Origin: Camelus ferus
Lineage: Eukaryota
Direction of reading: 5' to 3'
Assembly: GCF_009834535.1 (NCBI RefSeq)
Contig: NC_045696.1
Coordinates: 67,830,001 to 67,894,000 of the forward strand
DNA length: 64,000 nt
Both the position numbers and the translations under genes were made by a program. The notes beneath the pieces are model-generated. The model worked only from the letters and a program-made list of their open reading frames with translations. It was not told the origin of the DNA and did no database searches. Within the stretch, counting starts at the first letter, position 1. Each line of letters starts with the position of its first letter. Positions 53,878 to 64,000 of the stretch are shown here, piece by piece.

Positions 53878-56800
53878 ACCACATTGAGAGAGCTTCAGTA
53901 GCTACTTAACCTAGGTAGCCCAAGTTCCTAGAGAAGTCAGGGGTAAAATTAAAATTCAAACCCAGATCTGTATGATGTTAGAGTCTACGTGTTTAACCAC
54001 TGCCTCCCCCTCTTGTCCTGCCGATCCTGTCCTGGCCCCGAGTAAACTCTTCTTTCCAAACCCTTTGAGAAGTTAACCATAAAGCCACTTCACAAACAGA
54101 ATTTATAGCTTTATATTGTTAGTTACCTAATCATTTTCATATGTCAGGGTTCTGATGCAAATATAAACTGCTTAAGGGCTAACATGTGTTTTTACTATTT
54201 TCCTATCTATTATGGAGCTCTGTTCAATAAAAATGGCATGAGATGCATATGAATTGGGCCTGGTAGGGGAACAGAAGTAAATGCGGAGGGTGAGACACGA
54301 AAACGTAAACTCAATCTACCGGGAACCACGCTGGGTGGGTATGTATGACACCTCAAATGGTGATATTTCTAGATACACATCATATAACTTGGAGATTTCT
54401 TTCCCAATAAATAACTTTTACAAAGGAAGCACTTAAAAATCCACAGTCATTATAATATAGAAACAGACCAATAGCAAAAATATCAGCAAATTTAAATGTC
54501 ATTTTAATTTCACTTAATGCAAACAAAACTGCCAGTGATATTCAACAAGTCTAAGCAAGATGACATAATTCATCAGAATTAATGGATATTTCAAATAGTT
54601 ATTCCAAAGGCTCTCTGAAATAACATCTTCTTGGTAATGATTTAAAGAGATTACTCTGACTGTTTTATACTTTCGTACATTATCCCATACACATCCATGC
54701 ACAGGTGATTCTAAGTAATTTCCACATGCTATTTGGACAAATTTAATTTCCAGACAGCTCTGAATGATAATGATCAGGAAAAGTAATGGTGAGAATTTTT
54801 TTCCTCTTTTAATAAAAAATAGTAATAGCATTAACATGAGATGCAATGGAATACCAAGGAAAAGCTCTGAAACTCCGGTGATGTTAGGAAGCAAAGATTC
54901 AAATCCCAGCTCTGCCCTGCGCTGGCTGTTTCACTTTGTATTATATTCTCTGTAGATCGAGGGTGATGATCCCTGTCCTTTTTAGTGTAACTGAAAAGAT
55001 TAGGTGAACAGTAAGGCAGAGTAGACTTCAGATGAAATGATTAATACATCCATTTAAAAGTTTTTCACATCCTTACAACAACGTTCTGCCACAGAAATTG
55101 TTTTACTGATAGCAATTATTAGTAAACTGTTTGCTAATAAACAATTATTATACAGTAGTTACCATATATTACTGATGCTTCACTTACAGGAAAATACTCA
55201 AATTTGGTCAAATGTGGCTTCTACATTTATAAGCTTCACCATCGGTCCTCTGAATCTCAGATTTTTAATTTGACTCTAGGAACCTTAATAATATAGGAAC
55301 TATAATAACTTTATAGGATATGGTGGTGATTAGATTAGATATTATGTGGGAAAGTACTTCGAAATCTATTTTCACACACACACAAAGTTGCAAGCTATAA
55401 TGAATATTTCTTAATAAAGCCCTTCTTTCACTGCTTTTCACTGCTTCCTATTTTCCCAGGATCACCCCAAAAAACAGCTAAACCAGAACAGGAAAAAAGT
55501 TTTTTTTTAGTTGGCTCACATCTCACATTCTTAAAGACGCATGTTTGACTAGGTAAAAAGGCTGCTTTGACTTAGTTTGGAGAGAATTCTAAAAGAGAAT
55601 TGGTTTTTTCCCCCCTGCTTTTTTGTCTTAGCATCTGTACATATGGAAACATTTCATTCTCAAGCACGGTAGACACTTGAAGTGGCATAATCCTTCTGCC
55701 CAGGACCATCAGGATGGTACCTCTCGCCCATGCTGTGTGTAATAAGATCGGTAGGTGTGCTCTTGTTTCTTGGTGCTTCCCTTCGTAGCTACCCAACTTC
55801 CTGGAGCTATTCCTAGAGCTATGTGTTAAAGCACACTAGATGTTGAGTCTGCTCAGAGTGAAGTTAGTTTGCTCATATTGCAAAGCTCCCAAAAGCCCAG
55901 ATGCACTGCCTTAGGACGTCAGCAAAGAGCTGCTAGTATTACAAGGGTCAGAACGGGCACCTTTCTCTGCTTTCACACATGCCGTTCCCTTTGCTTGGCG
56001 TGTCATGTTGTCCACTGCCCTTTTCTGCCCAGCTTACCACTAACTCACTCTCCAAGACTTCGCTCAGATGTCCCCTCTGTGAAACTTTCCCCAATTCCTC
56101 CTACAACACATCCCTCATACTCTTTTATGGTACTTAATTTGCAGAACGCAACCTCATGGGTATATGGTGGCTATTACATGTCTAGCAGACCATTTATTCT
56201 GTTTGAAAACAGCAACATACAAAACAACACACAGGATGGATAACAAAGAGAGAATGCTAGCAGGCCAAAGTGCTAGGAGGCTCGAGGTGTCACACGTCAG
56301 AGACCTGTGCTCCTCTGTCCCTAATGCTGTTGTCAGCAGTCCTGTCCCTGGATACTGTAAAATCAAGGAAGGGTGATAAAAATATAATACCATAATTTTT
56401 TTTTCTTTTACAGCTCCTGGGGTCATTCATTGTTCCAAGGTATGATTTCTTTAAAAGGTGTATTTGCCCAAAGGCTTAGGTGCTGGATTTATTTTTGTAA
56501 TATCCATAATGAATCCATTTATAGACGATTTACATAGGCCTGTCATGACCCAAAATCGGCTGGGATTTCAGGCATCGCTACCTGAAGTTATACAATACCA
56601 AGTGCTCTATGAGCAGAAGCTTGGGCATTACTGAGGCATTCTAGAAGAATCTTTCTTTTTTTATTTACATCTTCTGTTTTTGGACTCATTAAAATTCTTT
56701 GGGACAATATATGCAGGAAATTGGTATTTATGATGAAAGCATGGAGCGGAAAGGACAGCAGCCTGAAGGATGATTGGAGTCCCTGAATCTCTATGTTGTT

Positions 56801-56929
56801 CATATGATAAAAGATGCGTAAGACTTCAATAGCCACTATCATTAATTAAGGAGAGAGCCTGTATCCACAGGGCCTGGAGAAGGTTCAAGGGTGTTAAAAC
56901 ACTGGCCCCTGGAGTTACTGAAATAAACA

Positions 56930-57071
56930 AATGGTTCCCAAACTTTGGCTGAGCATCAATCAGAAATATTGAGAGAGCTGTAGTTTATTTTGTTTTAATG
57001 CAGATTTCTGGGGCACATTCCCTGAGATTCTGATTCTGTAGGACTGATATGAGGCCCAGGGATTTTTGTGA

Positions 57072-57113
<42 letters not shown>

Positions 57114-57163
57114 AATGTTCCCCAAGTTTTTCTGATGTCTGGCCAGTTTTGAAAACCACTGGT
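56930..57163. mobile_element. MER5A-like MITE containing (GT)18 at 57076-57111
   Basis: aatggttcccaaactttggctg...aatgcagatttctgggg...gagattctgattctgtagg...tttgaaaaccactggtcta. Confidence 0.85.
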
Positions 57164-57274
57164 CTAAATCACTGTTATAACAGTGATCTTCAAAGCATGG
57201 TGCATATAAGACAACACCTTGCAAAGGAGAAGAAAACAGTTAAGAAATCAATATGTATGTATGTATCTTATTGT

Positions 57275-58200
57275 TATTAAGCTTTTTATTTTGAAATATA
57301 GACACAGAAAATTGTAAAAATAGTATAAAGATCCCGGCACCACTTACCCAGCTTCTCCCAGTGGTAACATCTGATATGGATATAATACACTTTAAAGTAA
57401 GGAAAACCGACGGTTTCCTTAGTGTTAACCAGACCTTTTTCAGTTTTCACCATATTTTAACCTGCATTCATTTGTGTGTATATATAGGTCTATGCAATTT
57501 TAGCCAATGTATAAACTCCTGTAACCACCACCATAACTGAGATACAGAACTCTTCCCCCACCTCAGAAAGACTCCTGTTGCTTTTTCTTGGTATGAACAC
57601 CCATTCCCTGCCCCCTCCATCCCCCTTTCTGTCCCCAACTACCACTAATCTGTTCTCCATCTCTTGAGTTTTGCCATCTCAAGAATATCTTATAAATGGA
57701 ATCATACAGTATATGTAATCTTTCAAGATTGATTTTTCTTTTTTCATTAGGCATAATGCCCTTGAGATCAATCCAGGCTGTTTCATGTATCAACAGATCA
57801 CTACCTTTTATTAATGAGTAGTACTATGCCATTGTATGGGTGTACCAGAGTCTGCTTAAACGTATACCCACCGAAAGACATTTTTCCAGCATTTTGCCAT
57901 TATGGAAAAAGCTGCCATGAACATTCATGTACAGGGTTCTTTTGGTGAACATAACTCTTCACATCTAGATTCAATGCCTAGGGGTTCAACTGCTTGATCA
58001 TATGGTTATACACCTTTACTTTGGTTAACAGAAAAAAAAAAAAGGTACTAAAAAGTTTTCCAGAGTGGTTATACCATTTTACACATAACTATCAGCAATA
58101 TATGAGAGCTCCAGCTTCTCCACATCTTTGCCAGAATATGATACAATTTTTTACTTTAGCTGTTCTAATAGATGGGTGGTGATATCTTATTGTTGTTCTA
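57275..58200 (-). mobile_element. Older L1 (L1MB-L1MD class) 3' region
   Basis: ttttattttgaaata...acttacccagcttctcccagtggtaacatc...accactaatctgttctccatctc...aaatggaatcatacagtat...ttttccagagtggttataccatttta. Confidence 0.85.
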
Positions 58201-58829
58201 TATTTATTTTTATTCTAGAAAAAGAAATTAAGCTGTGTTCAGATTTCAAATATGGGGTGAAAATTGTATTACACATTCATATAATTTACAAATGAAGATG
58301 ATTAAAGAGCATCTCACCACTCAATAGTGCATTATTCACAGTTTTTGGAGTCAGATATGGATGTGGACTCCACCACCTCATCAAGGAGTTCACCTCAGCA
58401 GTTAATTAAGCTGATAGGTTACAAAATAAACAAGATTCTGTCAACAACACATGAATTATTTTTGTTCTAAAACATCTAAGCCACCCTGCGCACACGTATT
58501 AATTCTATCACTATAGATTCTAAACAAGTCACCTACAATACTTTGTTGACACAGAACTGTGACAATCTTGGAAGGAGTAGACAGAACCCAGGGTCAGCCT
58601 CACCACATACTGTTCTGTAACACTGAACAAGCCATCTGACCTCTCTGAGCCTTTAAAACCGAGGTAATAACTCCTGCTTGTACTCAGCCAATTCTGATTT
58701 GTTATTTACAGCATTTCTAAAGCAAAGGCCGTACACCTCCTAGAAATGTATTAGGGAACTAACTTCCTTACCAAAGAAATGAAGGCATTGTATTAGATAA
58801 TTGTTAAGATTCACCTGGTTCAAAAATCT

Positions 58830-59230
58830 TATTTTATATATATATATATAAATATATATTTTATTTTATATTTTATATAATATATGAATATATTTTTATA
58901 TTTTATACATTTATATCTTATATTTTTATTTTATATATATGATATATATGTATATAAACTACCAAGGTACTGTGATTCCTATCAGTGTTATTAGAAGTTA
59001 ATACTGTTTATCAGTATTGCTAAATACCTTTATTAGTAATCATTAGTAATTATTAGTAATTATTACATTTGTATTACTACACATTTATTATTTTTATAGT
59101 ACCAGTATTATAATTTAGAATAATTGCTAGTAACTGTGTATAAAATTATGAAATGTACTTATTAAGTAAATACTTTTATAATTTTATCAATATTACTTCA
59201 TATTAATAAAAACAACTAGTTATTTTAATT
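58830..59230. repeat. AT-rich low-complexity region with short tandem units
   Basis: Degenerate TA/TTTTA repeats and three tandem ATTAGTAAT-type units near 59032-59062. Confidence 0.85.
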
Positions 59231-62200
59231 ATAGCAAGAAGTATACTCCATGAGGGCAGAAAGCAATCTCTGTTTCGCTCATTACTTCAGAGTGCCTTGT
59301 ACAAAATCTGTTTTAAGCAAATGTTTGTGGAATAAGTATGCAATAGTAATTTCTAGTTATCAGGTATTTTATGCTTTATAAAACATGTTTACAGTGTTCT
59401 ATTTCACCAGCGAGTTGTATAAATTAAGAAAATGTGGAAAAGAAAATTGTGATGCCCAAGATCAAGTGGTGAAACTGGGGTTTGAAAGTAAATGCCCTGA
59501 CCACCAAGTCTGCACCAAACCTTGGCTCTTCTAAGTATCAATAAGGCCTATAAATATTTAGGAAGATCTGATTCCATCCAAAGAATTACAAGTTATTTTC
59601 TCCTCAGGAAGATGCTATGTAAAGATCAAACTAATATAGTTATTACCTGACCCTTTAATGAGTGAACAGCTTGTCCATTTTCCTCCCTGAGGCTCTGAAA
59701 ATTAAAACTCATGCACTGCACTGCACAGTGATAGAGGAGGCCCGAGACGCTTACCCTGAACGGGAAAAGGGACACGCCAGTCAAACTTGGGTCTCAGCAG
59801 AGTTCCTGATATTTCAGTGAGTTTGCGATCACCTACAACGATTCCCTCTCCATAGGATGGATTAATAACCTCAGGTAGCAGATCTAGTTAAAAATGTGCA
59901 GGCTTAGGAACCTGGCTGCACAGAATTCATTTCACCTATTCTGATCTGACCCAATGAGTCCAGGTAAAGCACTGTAGGCAAAGCTGGAAAACAATGGTTT
60001 TGTTTGTATTACATAGACGTGTACAAGTTTGTGAAAAGAGCAACCATTTTGAAATTAATTTCAAAGAAGAACCATGCCGTAATAAAGTAGTGGAATTAGA
60101 ACAGGTGAGGGTGTCTAGCCCAATCTCCGATAGATGGAGCCCTTTAAATCAGCGAGAACCCCAGGGACAAAGACTAGAGCTTAGCTCTACAGTTTTACTA
60201 GCATGCAATTACTGGATAAGGTATTCCACTTCTGGTAGTCCACCACTCCGCACAATGGCCATGACACCTGTTTCACCTGACTCAGAGAGCTACAGCAGGA
60301 AGTCTCTTTTCAGAATTAAATGACAATGAAAATGGAAGTGCCAGATAAACCATAAGGCAGCATACAGATAAGAAGAATTCTCCTGAAAGGGTTACCTTGA
60401 ATTTGTACCCTACGGATTCACTTTTTAAGAAAAATCTTACATTAAAAGTATCTCTTAAAAGAAACTTCAGACATTGGAGAAAGTCAATTCTAGACCACAA
60501 GACAACCCTAAGTTTACAAACTTGCAAAATTTACAAATCATTCTGTATGATAATCTATTATAATATGGTTATGAAATATTATCAAATTTCATGCAGCCAA
60601 ATAATTGAAAGAGAAAGGGGCCGGGGGGGGGGGGGTGGAGTGGAGTTTCCATTTGCCAAAGTTGTAACAATAGGAAAATTTCAAAACAATTTTAAAGAAA
60701 TAATGTGTTAGTAAACTCAGAAAGCTCACTGACTTTGGTATCTACTGGACAGTAAAAGAAAGATCTGCCATCAAGGCCTAAGGCTTTGGGATTTTTCTTT
60801 TTCTTTCTTTTTTTTTTTTTTCCAAATCTGAAGCAGAGAGGGGACTCAGATTATAGGATAAAGAACACCATTGGCTAGTACTTTAAAGACCAGAAGAAAA
60901 ATCACATCATCTTATTGCACTCATCAGCCTAGAACAGAAGGTGATGAGACAAAACCATACATACACACCAACATCATTCCATAAAAAATGACAAAGACAC
61001 TCAACATGGTAAAAAAACAAAGCAGTAAAAATATACATGGGCTCATAAGGATACAGTACAGGACAGAAAAAAGGATTTGGAAGTGCAGGGGCATTCCAAA
61101 ACACACAAGTTGTTGAAAAAAAAATTTGATGAAAAATGAGAATAATTGTAGTGAAATAAAAGGACCCTAAGGCCTAAGGAGCTACTAACAGGGGAAAAAA
61201 AGCACACCCCACTTAAAATGTGCCAAAGCCCTGCAGAGAAAGTTATTAGCAGAATGCTTTATAAAAGAAAATTGTAACACATGGTATCACATAAATGTAA
61301 GTCGTTGTGGAAAACACGTGGGTACTTTTCCTATTTTCACAGTCAGAATTTAAAAACGAGAAAGCAAACCCCAGAGATTAAAGACATAATACCTATATTA
61401 TGGTGAGAAATGTAAGCGCTAACTTCAGGGTAGCAGTGGTTAAACAAATCCTGGGCTAAAAGCTCAAGGAATGGGCAGAGGCAGTAAAAGTAATTCAAAC
61501 ACATACGCTGCGCTGCAGAACCATACAATCTAGCAAGTCGATGAGAAGCTCTAATCTGTGTTGCTGTGGTTTAACTGTCACTGTAAACATCACTGAGGAC
61601 CTACTGTGTGTCAGGTGTCCTGCTGGATGCTGTCTGGAGTGAAGGCATGACTCAGGCAGCCCCTGCCTCCAAAAGGTCCAAGTCTACAGAAGGAGACAGG
61701 TGCATAAGCAAGTAAATCTACTAGAGCTGGTTGTGAAGGGGATGGTATGAGATGAATGGAGGTTATGAGGTGTGGCAACATCCTCACTAGACTGTAACAC
61801 AAGGTCCTGGATAACCTGGGACTCAGAGGGGACCCGAGGTCCAGTGCCCACTTGACCACGAGCAGGCCGTGCATCTCCAAGCAAATCACTCACACAGTCT
61901 GCACAGCACTTCTCACCTTTACACCAGAAAAGGGTGGACTGCATGATTTCCATCAGTTCTAATGCTCTGTCTTTGTGGCTGAGGTTCCTGGAAGCCAGGC
62001 TCTGAATTAAGCTATGAATATAAAGACTTGATGGGCTAGAAATTGAAGGCAAGTGTGTACGAGAGGCCAAGAATAGCGTGAGCTGAGGCACGAGATCTTA
62101 GCATCATCAACTCACCCTGTAAATAAAAACTGTGTTACCTACTACCTGGGGATTTCACTAATGGTACAGAACATTCTAAATGGGCCAAAAAAAAAAAAAA

Positions 62201-64000
62201 AAAGAAAAAGAAAATAGATATAAACTTCAGAAATGTATAAAAAATTAAACAGAAAGTAACATGAATTATAAAAACATTGAGAGCAACAGAGGATGCAGTA
62301 ACATTTAAACTAAATATAAAGTAAGCAAATCTTACACCTCTAACAAATACCGCGTCATAATATATAGCAGATGAAGAGACAGAGCTACATTTTAAAAAGT
62401 CTGAATATCCATGAAACTTTACCCATGTTTGTCTTTAAAATGTATATATGCAAGGGAAGTTTCTTCCTTCACGTATTCAAAAAAGGTTATATTAAAAGAG
62501 AGAAAGGGATTGGCAGAATTGCAAGAAAGAATCAACTTCAGAAATTAAATGAGACTGAGTTGCTTCGAATGAGGATGCCACATTCCAAACTGTTTATTGC
62601 AAGAGAAGAATTACTGAGCAGTGCACTCACCCATCCAGACATCCGCCACCCATCCAAATATATATACACATAAGAACATACAGACATACATTTGACCACA
62701 CACAATCATTCCTACTAAAAACACAGTAGCATAATAAGAGCCAAGAGGAACAGAAGGATGAGTGAGAAACCATGTCTTGTTGCTTAAATGGGGAAACAAA
62801 GCTTACATTCTTATAAGGAAGTAGGGAAGTATCACCATCATATGGGGCCACATATGCCATGAAGACAGGGACCAGCAGGACAGCACGCTGAGTGAGGACG
62901 GCAGCCTCACTTCGGAAACCTAGTCACAAAACCAGAGAGCATGTCACCTCTCTTCTCTGAGCCTCCATTACTTTATGTGAAAACAAAAGCAGTTCTTAGG
63001 GTTAGAGGAGGAGGTATTAAAATGACAATGGAAAAACAGAGTGCCTCCCATGGGATGTGTAGTCACAAGCGGCAGAGTAAGAGCAGGAGGAACATCAAAA
63101 GAAGTAGAAGCGTGATAGAATAAGGTGCTCGTGGAAACCCAGGGAAGGGAGCGGTCACCTCTGATCTGGGCCATGTCTGGACACTGGGGAAGGCGACACA
63201 AGCAGGGTTTTGATAGGTGACAAAAGGGTGTGGGCGGCAAGTTAAGAAAGAACAAAGAGTTGAGCAAAGAGCTGCAGAGGATCAAAGAGGGCGCCAGCGT
63301 CCCCAGAGAACACACCAGGCAGTGGGAGAGCCCTGCGTGGTGCGGTGAAGAGGATGGGGCATCTTAATGCCGGAGGAGTCAGCCAGGGGCCAACCCACCA
63401 CACAGTTCGTAGCACTCGGAGCGCAGGGGCCTGAAGGGCGACCATGGTCTGCTTCTCTCCTCCCTCTTACACAAGCCCTGCCCCACCCTGACCCTCAGGT
63501 GTGCACCGACTGTCACACCCACTAAGCCTTCCTCACACGTCTGCCTCCTTAGGACACTCTGCCCTCATTCCCTTCATGTTAGAGAAAGTCCATCTTAGCT
63601 CTCCCCAAAAATGGGGAGACAACGTAACAATCCCCTAGTAAGGAGACCAGGGAGACACAGAGAAAACAGATGAGAAAGCCAACAATGGCTCCTCTTGTCT
63701 TGTTTAGAGGGGCTCTCTCCCACATCACAGCCTTGAGTCCCGCGATCGCTAAAGAACAGCAAGGCAAAGGAAACCAGTTCTGCCAAGCCCCTGACTAAAC
63801 TGCAGCGGTGCGGGCTCCCACGAGGCCAGCGAAGCTGCAGGGACCCACGTGGAGCTGCGCAGAGCCACGGGCCGCATGGACTGCTCTCCCAGAGCAGCCT
63901 GGCAGGCTTGTCCTCGCTCTCTCCAGACAAAGCAGACCCCAGGTCCACAGCCACAGCTCAGGGCGGCATGCCGACACCTGACCTCCTCCCAACCACCTGC

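Noticed and set aside
59745..62130. Acceptor-donor juxtapositions as recursive splice sites (ttcag-G-gtaagc ~59750, tttacag-G-gtgagt ~62112; also tgtacag-gtgaga ~27081)
   Set aside because: Two have an extra base between AG and GT and all have short pyrimidine tracts; expected by chance in 64 kb.
1..64000. CRISPR array, operon, ERV coding region, processed pseudogene or recognisable miRNA/snoRNA
   Set aside because: No regularly spaced repeats, no long ORFs, no gag/pol/env or known RNA-family signatures seen; the short ORFs in the track look like random-length background.

Overview
Mammalian, repeat-rich, essentially non-coding DNA, probably a large intron or intergenic interval. A tRNA-Ala-derived vic-1-type SINE (53762-53877) and artiodactyl-type L1 3' ends point to a camelid genome. 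I recognise no protein-coding exon or host gene; the only ORF with a clear protein match is the C-terminal end of L1 ORF2 (7422-7862, minus). The rest is a mosaic of L1, L2, MIR, hAT (MER5/MER58/MER3/Charlie-like) and MaLR LTR remnants, microsatellites and a few motif-dense, enhancer-like unique stretches. Repeat family names come from my recall of consensus sequences, and old-element boundaries are approximate. The most notable structure is a gapless 175-bp, 96%-identical inverted pair (7033-7207 / 11081-11255) that looks like a local duplication rather than an independent retrotransposition. It brackets the two best splice-site-defined exon candidates in the window (15 nt at 9547-9561 and 223 nt at 10247-10469, both minus). 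I cannot support a new biological system beyond this hypothesis.
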